The notes beneath the pieces were generated by a model. The model was not told where the DNA came from, did not search any database, and worked only from the letters and a program-made list of their open reading frames with translations. From a virus (lineage: Duplodnaviria > Caudoviricetes): a stretch of DNA of 36,452 nt. Where the stretch lies: IMG/VR virus record IMGVR_UViG_3300033144_005791, positions 1-36,452 of that record. One strand, 5' to 3'. Positions 1 through 8,718 of the stretch are shown here, piece by piece (within the stretch, counting starts at the first letter, position 1; each line of letters starts with the position of its first letter). Made by a program: the position numbers and the translations under genes.

Positions 1-74
1 AGTTCGTCGCTAGGGGATGCCCTTAGCATCATAGGCGCCCGGATGCCGGTGCGCAACCTATCAAGGTGATAGCC

Positions 75-800
75 ATGCCCGAGATCACAGATGCAGAGAT
101 GAGGGAGTTTCACACGTACCAGGCGATCGGTACTCCTACGTGGGTCAAGGAAAAGCTCAGTTCCTTTGAGTCCGACAATCATACGCAGCGCGAAGAGATT
201 CGTGGTATGAAGGAGAAGCTCCCGAAGGACGGCGAAGTGGTTGTGCCCAAGTCGGATGCCGACAAACTTGTGAAGTACAAGGAATTGGGCAAGCCGGATG
301 AGATCAAGGGCAAGCTCGAGGCAGGTGCAACAGCGCAAACAAACCTGACTGGAGCAGAGCGTAAGACGGCGGCGCTAGCGTTTGTGAAGGCCGCTGGCTT
401 GGCGGAGGAGACAGTTGACACACTGGTCGCGATTCCAGATTTGGAGTCGGCTGTTTTCGAGGTCAAGAAGGGTAAGGTGAAGAACAAGGCCGGAGAAGAA
501 GTCGACGCCGAGATACCTTTCATCACTGTGGTTGGCGCTGACGACACGAAGGAGACCTTGGACTTTGCCAAAGCCTTGGAGCGTTTCCCGGCGCTGAAGG
601 GTCTTCGCCTAGCAGAGCAAAAGGGAGATGCAGTATCAGCGGTGCTTCCGTTTGTTCCGCAGGGATCGGGAGAACATGCTGCAGTATCCGGCAGTATCTA
701 TGACAAGATTCGTGCGGACGCTAAGAAGAAGAAGGAAGCGGCTGAAGCGGATCAGTCAGGGGCGCCGGTCGAAGCGCGTCTGGGAATGTCTCAGACGTAA
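75..800 (+). CDS. Putative capsid scaffolding protein
   Basis: Lys/Glu-rich helical ORF directly upstream of the decoration and capsid genes. ATG at 75 follows an AAGGTG SD-like sequence (the track starts at GTG 66). Function inferred from position. Confidence 0.65.
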   Translation: MPEITDAEMREFHTYQAIGTPTWVKEKLSSFESDNHTQREEIRGMKEKLPKDGEVVVPKSDADKLVKYKELGKPDEIKGKLEAGATAQTNLTGAERKTAALAFVKAAGLAEETVDTLVAIPDLESAVFEVKKGKVKNKAGEEVDAEIPFITVVGADDTKETLDFAKALERFPALKGLRLAEQKGDAVSAVLPFVPQGSGEHAAVSGSIYDKIRADAKKKKEAAEADQSGAPVEARLGMSQT

Positions 801-828
801 AGACGTTCACAATTAAGGAGATCATCGT

Positions 829-1659
829 ATGTCACCGATGAAAGTGACGGCGGTCCTGGCGGCTGGCGAGGTTCATCCGAATCCTTTCCTTGGCCCCATT
901 GACTACCAAGCTGTCGTGCGCCTCGACGTCAGCGATATGTCAAGTGACGAGGTGGATGCTTACGGGTTTCTGAAGCCCGGGGTGTTCCTTACGAGAGACG
1001 GTCAACTGGTCGAGCCAGAGGCTGTCCTTCACTCCATTGCAACTCTTGCTATCAGTGGTACGGCGGAAGAGTTCCAGACCACCACCACAGCACTCGCGCG
1101 GTTTGCTGGCGTTCCGATGTCAAAGGCCGCCGCAAACAACATCACGTTCACCGCGGTTCACGTTGTTACGGCCCTCAAGTTCGGCGTCATCCTCGTTCAG
1201 ATGGATGTTGCTGGGACAGTCACAACGAAGGTGCCTGGCGCAACGCAAACCACTCCGATGGCATACGCCACCGCCCCGTTGGCTCTGGCCGCACTGCCAG
1301 AAGTTGACGATGACAATGTAGCCCTCGGGCACATTGCCATCGAAGCTGACTCTGGCAACTGGACTGCCAACACCGATGACCTGACAAATGCAGGCGATCT
1401 CGTGACCGCCGCGTTTGTCGACGCTACTCCTACCGCTATCGGAGCCAACATCACTCGTGCCTATGGCGCGAATATCGAGGCTGTCAAGGTGGCGGCGGGT
1501 AACACTGGAGCTTTTCTGGCAGCGGCAACCGACATCGATATCGCGATTGCCACCATCTGTCAGGTCAACCGGGCCATCCTGGAAGACTCCCTTGGACGCT
1601 CTTTGACGAGTGGCGAGCTGAACAACAAGCCCGACACGATCGTCATTTCGAGCATCTAA
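829..1659 (+). CDS. Putative head decoration protein with an internal insertion
   Basis: AAGGAG SD. Lies between scaffold and capsid. N-terminal GFLKPGVFL motif resembles decoration proteins, but the protein is longer than usual (276 aa). Confidence 0.55.
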   Translation: MSPMKVTAVLAAGEVHPNPFLGPIDYQAVVRLDVSDMSSDEVDAYGFLKPGVFLTRDGQLVEPEAVLHSIATLAISGTAEEFQTTTTALARFAGVPMSKAAANNITFTAVHVVTALKFGVILVQMDVAGTVTTKVPGATQTTPMAYATAPLALAALPEVDDDNVALGHIAIEADSGNWTANTDDLTNAGDLVTAAFVDATPTAIGANITRAYGANIEAVKVAAGNTGAFLAAATDIDIAIATICQVNRAILEDSLGRSLTSGELNNKPDTIVISSI

Positions 1660-1683
1660 CCTTAGCTGCAAAGGAGATACGTA

Positions 1684-2748
1684 ATGCCTGATTTCACCTG
1701 GCTGGCAGCTGAGGAGGCACTCACGCCTACCGCGCTGACAGTTCGCGCCCAGACCATCGACCCAACGGATCAGGGTCGATTGTTGTGGGACATCTTCATG
1801 CCGCGCCGGGACGTCGATCAGACGAAACTGGCTTCCCTTTCAACCCAAGACGTGCGCATCTCTTCTGATCGTAGAGAGTGGAACGCACGTGGACGGTACA
1901 TTCCACTGCTCACGCCCCCAACTGCGGAGCTGGAATGGGTGCCCATCGAAGGGTACTTCAAGCTCGAGGAAAAGGAAATCAACGATTTGATGAATGAGGT
2001 CCGGGGCAACCAGGCTCTCTTCCGTTCGATCGTTGGTGCTCGTATTCCTCAGCGTACCGACGCACTCGCCATGGCGAACTATCGCCGGCTCGAGTTGGAC
2101 TGCATGCGTGCTTGGGCCAACGGCGAGATCATCTCCATGAACCCGCAGACAGGTGAGACCTTCACCGTCAGTTACGGGTTCTCCGGTTCACGGTATACGA
2201 CTGCCGGAACCGCGTGGGATGACGGTGGCGTCAATGCCTACAACCTCTTCCTCATCTGGCTCCAGTCGGCTTACGAAGCATGTGGGCCGCTGAACGGTGC
2301 CATGATGCGTCTCGCAACGCGAAACGCCATTGTGGCTGACGCACCGAACGCCATGGCCGGAGCCATCTCCGGTCTGTTGCCGACGGTTGCCGCAACTGAG
2401 TTGCGGATTCAGGATGAGACTGGTCGTCCGTTCCGTTTCTTCATCAACGAGAACACACTGGATACCTTCGACGACGGCGGTATCGATCGCTCAACCGTGA
2501 AGGTGTGGCCGGCTCAGAAGGTTGCCGCCGTACCTGCTGGTAACGCGGTTGGATCCACGGCGTTCGCGCCTGTGATTCGTGCGTACGATATCAGCGCCCA
2601 GACTCCGGAAGCAGGAATCGACGTTCGGGGTATCACGGTGTATCACGACATCGCGGGTACAGGTCGTGAGCTGACGGTTGAAGGACAGTTCAACCCGATG
2701 CCTGATCCTGACGAGCAGAAGTTGTTCGTCATTGACGCCGGCGTATAA
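1684..2748 (+). CDS. Major capsid protein (HK97 fold, lambda gpE-like)
   Basis: AAGGAG SD, 354 aa, position after scaffold and decoration genes, gpE-like segments (RRLELDCMRAWANGEI, TAWDD, C-terminal PMP). Confidence 0.8.
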   Translation: MPDFTWLAAEEALTPTALTVRAQTIDPTDQGRLLWDIFMPRRDVDQTKLASLSTQDVRISSDRREWNARGRYIPLLTPPTAELEWVPIEGYFKLEEKEINDLMNEVRGNQALFRSIVGARIPQRTDALAMANYRRLELDCMRAWANGEIISMNPQTGETFTVSYGFSGSRYTTAGTAWDDGGVNAYNLFLIWLQSAYEACGPLNGAMMRLATRNAIVADAPNAMAGAISGLLPTVAATELRIQDETGRPFRFFINENTLDTFDDGGIDRSTVKVWPAQKVAAVPAGNAVGSTAFAPVIRAYDISAQTPEAGIDVRGITVYHDIAGTGRELTVEGQFNPMPDPDEQKLFVIDAGV

Positions 2749-2754
2749 CCGCGG

Positions 2755-2815
2755 CTGTTCTTCGACTCTAATCCCGTCCGAGAGTTGTAATGATTCTCGG
2801 ACGGGGGAAGAACGG
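2755..2815 (+). promoter_or_regulatory. Long nested RNA hairpin after the capsid gene
   Basis: Perfect 11-bp stem CCCGTCCGAGA (2773-2783)/TCTCGGACGGG (2795-2805), plus an outer stem CTGTTCTTC (2755-2763)/GAAGAACGG (2807-2815). Only a short T run follows. Confidence 0.6.
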
Positions 2816-2823
2816 GGTTTCAA

Positions 2824-3192
2824 ATGAAGATTCTCGGAGGTGTTTTCATCGACCGAGTATATGCTTCTGGTGATGAGCAAGCACTGGCTGAAGTCATCAC
2901 CGAAGACCAGATCACACGCTTGACAGGGTTAGGTGTGATCGAGGGCGACTGGACTGGCGTCGAAGAAGAGGAAGAAGATACTCCTTGGACTCCGCCTGTT
3001 GCCGAAGTCACAGCTACCAGCGATCCAGCAACTATCACTTTGCTTCCGACTGGCTTCCCTGCCAGGATGGAATTGATGGGTGCTGGCTTCAATAGTGTGG
3101 AGAACACTAGCGCCGCTACTGATGAGCAGCTATTGGCCGTCAGTGGCGTTGGTGCATCGACTCTGGCAAAGATCCGTGCGGCGTTGGAATAA
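2824..3192 (+). CDS. Small head-region protein with a C-terminal helix-hairpin-helix domain
   Basis: C-terminus LLAVSGVGASTLAKIRAALE fits the HhH consensus. An acidic linker (EEEEEDTP) precedes it. Confidence 0.65.
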   Translation: MKILGGVFIDRVYASGDEQALAEVITEDQITRLTGLGVIEGDWTGVEEEEEDTPWTPPVAEVTATSDPATITLLPTGFPARMELMGAGFNSVENTSAATDEQLLAVSGVGASTLAKIRAALE

Positions 3193-3195
3193 GCT

Positions 3196-3627
3196 ATGGC
3201 GATTACAAATGCCGATATGTTGGCGCCAACGGGTCCGGTTGAGGTAACTCTTTTTCCAGGTGAAGATATCAGTGGTGCTGCACCGCCAGCGACTATCCTG
3301 GAAGAGCGCCTTGATGTCTATATCGCACAAGCAGTAGCAAAGAATGCTGCTATTGCGTTTGACGATATGGATGCTGCAAACTTGGCATGGGCTCTTCACC
3401 TCGCCTTTCAAGCCGCTTATATAGTAGCGGTTGCACGACCAGCTTCCGAAAATTCACAAATTCCTGTTCTGGGCAGTGAAGGCTATGCCAAGGATCAACG
3501 TGATGCTTTGTTAGCTAAGGCTAATGAGTATTTCGATGATTACAATATGCTGCTTATGACTGTACCCACAACGTCGGCACCTTCCGGTGTTCCTACACGA
3601 TCCACACCACTCGAATACGAGTGGTAA
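3196..3627 (+). CDS. Putative head-tail adaptor
   Basis: 143-aa helical protein in the usual adaptor position after the capsid gene. Confidence 0.5.
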   Translation: MAITNADMLAPTGPVEVTLFPGEDISGAAPPATILEERLDVYIAQAVAKNAAIAFDDMDAANLAWALHLAFQAAYIVAVARPASENSQIPVLGSEGYAKDQRDALLAKANEYFDDYNMLLMTVPTTSAPSGVPTRSTPLEYEW

Positions 3628-3645
3628 TAGGAGAAATGAAATCAA

Positions 3646-4035
3646 ATGAGTGATCTCAGCAACTACGCAGAAGATAAGCTGGTTGATCATCTTCTCGGTA
3701 CAACGTCATTCACGATGCCTTCGACCGTCTACCTTGCTCTCTTTACAGCCGTATCCGATGCCGAAGCCGGTACGGGTACGGAGTGTGTCGCAAGCGGGTA
3801 TGCGCGCCAACTCACGTTGTTTGACGCATCTTCGGGTGGAGTCTCTGCAAACGAGGCTACCGAGACATTCGGTCCACTCTCGGGTTCTGGCACGATAACT
3901 CATGCCGGCTTGTTCGACGCCGTTAGCAGCGGTAATCCGCTCACAGCTCTCAAAGCCTTGGCGGCTTCCAAGGCGTGGACCGATGGTGACTCGATTCAGT
4001 TCGCAATTGGCGACATCGATTTCGATCTAGCCTAA
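3646..4035 (+). CDS. Conserved phage virion structural protein
   Basis: AGGAG SD. Pattern SNYAE..L.DH..G......P...YLALFT....E....GYARQ...F is common in phage fibre and minor-tail clusters. Confidence 0.65.
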   Translation: MSDLSNYAEDKLVDHLLGTTSFTMPSTVYLALFTAVSDAEAGTGTECVASGYARQLTLFDASSGGVSANEATETFGPLSGSGTITHAGLFDAVSSGNPLTALKALAASKAWTDGDSIQFAIGDIDFDLA

Positions 4036-4053
4036 GCGCCAGCGAGGTGTATT

Positions 4054-4429
4054 ATGATTGAGGTCGAAATTCTTTACGCCGATCTCACGCGCCAGCGCAA
4101 GCCACTGGACGAGATCGACCAGCTTCGCACAGACGAAGTGCTCTTCTGATAAAGAGAAGGGGAAGCGGCGGAATATCGTAGCCTGCTTCGGCAAAGATTT
4201 CTATGCCCTCTGTCGGCGTCGGATCGAAGGGGATGAGCACGTCATGCTCTTCGGCTGGGACGAGGATGACTTCGTCTTCCGCAGGCTTACCAAGGTCCAC
4301 GAGAACAGCGCCCGGAGGCAGGTAGATGCGCCGCTGGGTTGTATGCACATGATCTTCTCTGGTCGTGGCGTAGGGGAGGACGTATGGCAGCAGGCACAGG
4401 ACATCTTCAGTAAGGAGATGACCGCCTAA
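4054..4429 (+). CDS. Hypothetical protein, apparently frameshifted near 4147
   Basis: GAGGTG SD and ATG 4054 give MIEVEILYADLTRQRKPLDEIDQLRTDEVLF-stop (TGA 4147). The +1 frame continues DKEKGKRRNIVACFGKDFYAL to TAA 4429, which overlaps the next ATG. Confidence 0.5.
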
Positions 4430-5379
4430 TGGCATGGTCCGTTGAGTATATCGAAGAGGTAGAATCATGGGTCTGCTCGAACGAATTGGCTGATGACGGC
4501 GCGCTCGACGTCACAATAACGGACTGTATGACGGACGGCAATACTACAGGACAGAGCTGCGACGAACTCAAGGAAGGCACTATCAACCTCAAGGTGATAA
4601 TCGCCGTCGAGCCGAGTGCTCTCCTTTCCCTAGCTGTTCGCATCTGGTGCGACGAGGCCATGACGACGGGACCGAATACTCTGTTCCCGTACACCGATCC
4701 GAACAGTATCAGCGAAGATGGGAAAGATCCACAGGACTACAACTCGTCGGACGAGTGGGTTGAGCACGCCTGCAATGGTGCCTTCCTCGCTGCACTTGGT
4801 GATGTTGGTGGCGGCATGATCGCTGTACGCCTCGCGTCGGAAGTAAGTGCGAAGACGAAGGTAGGTGAGGTAGAGATCGACGTCACCTACTATACGATCG
4901 CGATTAACGGAGTCACGAGGGACAAAGCAGGAGATCCACTGGTAAGTTGTGAGTACCAGATCTTCAAGAGGACTGGCCTAGCTCCTGAGACGTGGCAGTT
5001 GAAAGCGAGTGGTGTCTCGGATGGTGGTGACGGGACGTATAGTGAAGACATGATGAGGGCCACCTACCGAGTTGCGACGATCAAGGATGTGACTCCTCAG
5101 GTAATGGATCTCGGTCCTCCGCTTATCCAAGCTCAGGCTCTCGCTTCCAATGACGAGTTCACCCTCGGTGCGTACCACAACTTCGCCAACGACGATGAGT
5201 TGTATGCGTATCAGGCTGGCGTAGCGGATCTACCAGGAGCGATCACCGAGGACACTCTCTACTATGTCGTCAATCTGAGTGGGGACATCTGCGAACTGAG
5301 CCTCAGTCAAGGTGGAAGCGCGGTGAACGTCACCTCCGATGGTGACTGCATTCTCGTAGGCAAGCCTGAGGCAAGTTAA
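4429..5379 (+). CDS. Acidic multidomain virion accessory protein
   Basis: INGVTRDKAGDPL...GVSDGGDGTY resembles a prealbumin-like beta-sandwich. C-terminal HNF..DD.L......LPG......YYV.....LS..GG resembles a beta module seen in phage tail proteins. TAATG coupling on both sides. Confidence 0.55.
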   Translation: MAWSVEYIEEVESWVCSNELADDGALDVTITDCMTDGNTTGQSCDELKEGTINLKVIIAVEPSALLSLAVRIWCDEAMTTGPNTLFPYTDPNSISEDGKDPQDYNSSDEWVEHACNGAFLAALGDVGGGMIAVRLASEVSAKTKVGEVEIDVTYYTIAINGVTRDKAGDPLVSCEYQIFKRTGLAPETWQLKASGVSDGGDGTYSEDMMRATYRVATIKDVTPQVMDLGPPLIQAQALASNDEFTLGAYHNFANDDELYAYQAGVADLPGAITEDTLYYVVNLSGDICELSLSQGGSAVNVTSDGDCILVGKPEAS

Positions 5380-7622
5380 TGGCGATTGACCCAAGAGATC
5401 CGATTCTCCGATCCCACGGAGATAAGGATGCTTCGGGCGTCCCTCTTGATCCCTATCTTTACAGTCAAGAAGATAAAGAAGAAGAAACAGGCGGGGCAAC
5501 AATATATGCTGCTTGGTCGACGAGTGGTGCTGGTACTTTTGCAGCTAGTGCTACTGTACTTAGGGCCGCGGCTTGGACGGCTTCCGGTGTAGGTACCTTC
5601 GCTCCAATAGCGCGCCTACTGCTTCCTGCGACTTGGGCTGCCAGCGGTATAGGTTCATTTGTTCCAACAGCAAGGCTGCTGCTCCCGGCATCTTGGACCG
5701 CTAGTGGTGTAGGCAACTTTGCAACAACGGCTGGATTACTGCTCCCGGCATCTTGGTCTGTTAGTGGCGCCGGTACTTTCGCAACTAGCGCCACAGCAAC
5801 TAGAGCCGCAATTTGGTCTGCATCTGGCATAGGTACCTTTGCTCCAACAGCTAGGCTATTACTTCCCGCTTCATGGACAGCTAGTGGAATAGGTACATTT
5901 GCTCCAACTGCGGGCCTGCTACTTCCAGCCTCTTGGACAGCATCAGGTGCAGGTACCTTTGCAGCAGCAGGCACGGTTACCGGAGTAATCTTTGCCTCTT
6001 GGTCAGCCTCTGGTACAGGCACCTTTGCAACAAGCGCTACTGCTCTTCGTAAAGGTGCGCTCAGTATTTCTGGTGTTGGCACATTTGCACCGACTGGACG
6101 CCTTTTACTTCCAGCTTCTTGGACAGCCTCTGGCGTCGGCACCTTTGCAGCAGCCGGCGAAGTCTTTGCCGTTATCTTCGCGGTTTGGTCTGCATCAGGA
6201 GCCGCTACCTTCGGGACAAGTGCAACAGCTCTTCGCAAAGGTGTGTTGAGTATTTCCGGCGTAGGAACATTTACCTCTACCGGACGGCTCCTACTTCCTA
6301 GCGCATGGTCTGCTAGTGGAGTCGGTACTTTTGCCGCTAGTGGTACTGTTCTTGGCTTTATTCAAGCAGCATGGGCTGCTTCTGGTGCCGGTACCTTCGC
6401 ACTTAGCGCAACCGCCCTTCGTAAAGCTACACTAGCACTTTCTGGCGCAGCGACCTTTGATACAGCAGCCATAATACTCAAAAATGCAGTATGGGCGGCT
6501 AGCGGAGCAGCGTCGTTCACCACATTAGCGACGGCGATAAGGCAAGCACTGTGGTCAGCTAGTGGTGTAGGCACGTTTGCTCCTACGGCTGGCTTGCTAC
6601 TTCCTTCTTCTTGGGCCGCTTCTGGTGCTGGTACATTTGTTCCAACAGCTGGTCTAATATTACCCGCATCTTGGGCTGTTTCTGGTGTTGGCGGCTTTGC
6701 GATAGACGGAAATCTAATTTTACCTGCCTCATGGACAGTGAGTGGAGTAGGTACGTTTGATACTGCTGCAATAGCTTTGCGCGGTGGTCATGTTTCATTT
6801 TCTGGTATTGGAACATTCGATAGTGCTGCAACACGTTTGGTCACGCTAGTTTGGTCAGCTAGCGGTGTTGCGACATTCTTAGCGACCGCAATACCTATAT
6901 ACATCTCATCGAAAGCTGCTGCTACACACGCTAAGGCTTTGCGTAAGACTCGCGCAAGTGGTCTTGCAGCAAGCTTTGATGTTCATCATCATGGTGTTTA
7001 CGATCCAACAACAGACACACATGTAGGTATGTCTTCAACTACGGTAGAAGGCTATGCTGTAGAGTTGCCTGATTTTATAGAAGACTACGCTGCTTTTGAA
7101 TTGTTGATAAATGCTGGTGTTGGTTTGTTCTTTGTACCATCAATAATAAATGAAATCCCAATCTTAGGAAGCCTTATAGAATGGGGAGCAGTACAACATA
7201 CTGTAGATGAGTTGCTTCCTTACCGTCCAGATGGTGTTATTATTGCTGCGCATGTAGCTCTTAGTAAAGCAGCTGCTGTAATTGGAACTGTTGTTGCAGA
7301 TGCTACTGCTGATCATGCGAAAGCTTTACGTAAGGCGCGCGCTAGCGGAAGCGAGGCTGTTTTTGTTCACAAGAGCCTAGCAGAAACCATAACCATAGAA
7401 GGCTATGCAGTCGAGATTCCAGGTACTCCGGAAAAATATGAAGAATTGGAACTAGTACCAATGAAAGCTAGTACGTTGATCTTTGTACCGAACACATACG
7501 GAGAACAGCCTCAGTTGGCTAGTCAAATTCGTTGGGCTAATAAATTGCGCTCGATTTCCGCTATTACTCCTGTGCGTCCTACCGGCGTTACAATAGCGGC
7601 TAAGATAGTGGTGGCCGCATGA
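5379..7622 (+). CDS. Repeat-rich virion protein with two tandem head-closure-like C-terminal domains
   Basis: About 23 repeats of ~20 aa, then two homologous domains of ~110-120 aa (HAKALRK.RASG...EGYAVE.P...FVP...P.RP.GV.IAA). The first contains GVYDPTTD. Directly upstream of the gp10-like gene. Confidence 0.6.
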   Translation: MAIDPRDPILRSHGDKDASGVPLDPYLYSQEDKEEETGGATIYAAWSTSGAGTFAASATVLRAAAWTASGVGTFAPIARLLLPATWAASGIGSFVPTARLLLPASWTASGVGNFATTAGLLLPASWSVSGAGTFATSATATRAAIWSASGIGTFAPTARLLLPASWTASGIGTFAPTAGLLLPASWTASGAGTFAAAGTVTGVIFASWSASGTGTFATSATALRKGALSISGVGTFAPTGRLLLPASWTASGVGTFAAAGEVFAVIFAVWSASGAATFGTSATALRKGVLSISGVGTFTSTGRLLLPSAWSASGVGTFAASGTVLGFIQAAWAASGAGTFALSATALRKATLALSGAATFDTAAIILKNAVWAASGAASFTTLATAIRQALWSASGVGTFAPTAGLLLPSSWAASGAGTFVPTAGLILPASWAVSGVGGFAIDGNLILPASWTVSGVGTFDTAAIALRGGHVSFSGIGTFDSAATRLVTLVWSASGVATFLATAIPIYISSKAAATHAKALRKTRASGLAASFDVHHHGVYDPTTDTHVGMSSTTVEGYAVELPDFIEDYAAFELLINAGVGLFFVPSIINEIPILGSLIEWGAVQHTVDELLPYRPDGVIIAAHVALSKAAAVIGTVVADATADHAKALRKARASGSEAVFVHKSLAETITIEGYAVEIPGTPEKYEELELVPMKASTLIFVPNTYGEQPQLASQIRWANKLRSISAITPVRPTGVTIAAKIVVAA
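5508..6890 (+). repeat. ~60-bp (20-aa) coding tandem repeat, about 23 copies
   Basis: Consensus PASWxASGxGTFAPTAxLLL counted in the translation. A ~62-aa higher-order unit occurs about three times. Confidence 0.9.
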
Positions 7623-8050
7623 CTGTTTCGTTTAAGGTGTCACTCGATAGTTGGGTCAATGAAATTCAAGGACAAGGCGCCGAGCTCATTCAACGTGTTA
7701 ACAATCATGTTGAAAGATCATTACGTTTTGGAAGCCATGTAACAGGAGCACCGGGGCAACCAGTAAAAACACGCTTCTTATTGGAATCATATATAAGAGG
7801 CGGTTCTTTAGCTACAGGTGTTATTAGTCATTCATTTACCGCGCCATATGCGTCTATTATTGAACACAATGCAAGAGGAGCCACACTTCGTTCTAAAGTA
7901 GGCGGTTGGCATAGCGTGAAACTAACAAGACTCGGATTCAATAGAATTGTAGATTACGAAGCAACTAAAATGAAGCCAAGACGTACTGTGTTCAAAGGTG
8001 GTTTTTTCAGAGAAGCAGGAACTGGTCGTTTTGCAAAGGTGCCAAGATAA
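7619..8050 (+). CDS. Neck/tail completion protein (HK97 gp10-like)
   Basis: PVKTRFLLES and APYASIIEH resemble the gp10 PVxTGxLxxS and YAxxxExG motifs. Basic protein in the expected position. Confidence 0.6.
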   Translation: MTVSFKVSLDSWVNEIQGQGAELIQRVNNHVERSLRFGSHVTGAPGQPVKTRFLLESYIRGGSLATGVISHSFTAPYASIIEHNARGATLRSKVGGWHSVKLTRLGFNRIVDYEATKMKPRRTVFKGGFFREAGTGRFAKVPR

Positions 8051-8706
8051 TGTTAGACCATCAAGAATTACTACTTGCTCTACGTACACGGTTGCTTACC
8101 ACCGAAATCGCCACTACCGGGGCAACTGCCCTGGCTGCTACCGGAACGGGTTACACGCGGGCTGCTGGTAGCTTTGTCGCCGACGGATTCGTACATGGGA
8201 TGGAGGTGTTACCTAGTGGGTTTAGTGCTAACGATATCGGCATAATCAAAACAGTAGAAGCACAAACAATAACGACATACGATCCGCGAACCGCCGAAGG
8301 AGCCGATAGCGGGAGATCACTCACTGTGGGTATTCCTTTGCTACGAGGATGGGAAAATCTAGCAATGGAGCGTATTGCTAGAAGATGGTATATAGATGAA
8401 GACTATTTGCCGGGTACGCCTATTAGAATCGGCATTGGAGCAAAAAGCTTTATGGAAGACCAACCTGCTTACGTATTACGAGTAGAAGGTCTTCCTGGTA
8501 TTGGTACAGAAGCAATGTTTACCGTTACCCAAGGGATCCTGGATCTCTTTCCCCCGACACTTGCGATTATACTTGCTGGCGGTCATATTGTATATGTACG
8601 TTCGGATGTCGCACCGTATAGAGAACAAATGGTATCAAGAGTAGCAGGTACTGTAGAAATTGTAATCACCATTCCGTTAGTAGTGCGGACAAGCAATCCC
8701 ATCTAG
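8050..8706 (+). CDS. Putative tail terminator with an inserted beta domain
   Basis: Immediately upstream of the tail tube gene. WEN and ILDLFP elements fit terminators. Contains an insert of ~70 aa. Confidence 0.55.
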   Translation: MLDHQELLLALRTRLLTTEIATTGATALAATGTGYTRAAGSFVADGFVHGMEVLPSGFSANDIGIIKTVEAQTITTYDPRTAEGADSGRSLTVGIPLLRGWENLAMERIARRWYIDEDYLPGTPIRIGIGAKSFMEDQPAYVLRVEGLPGIGTEAMFTVTQGILDLFPPTLAIILAGGHIVYVRSDVAPYREQMVSRVAGTVEIVITIPLVVRTSNPI

Positions 8707-8718
8707 GAGGAAAGTACC

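Noticed and set aside
5465-6238. 257-aa antisense repeat ORF
   Set aside because: Mirror of the 20-aa repeat gene.
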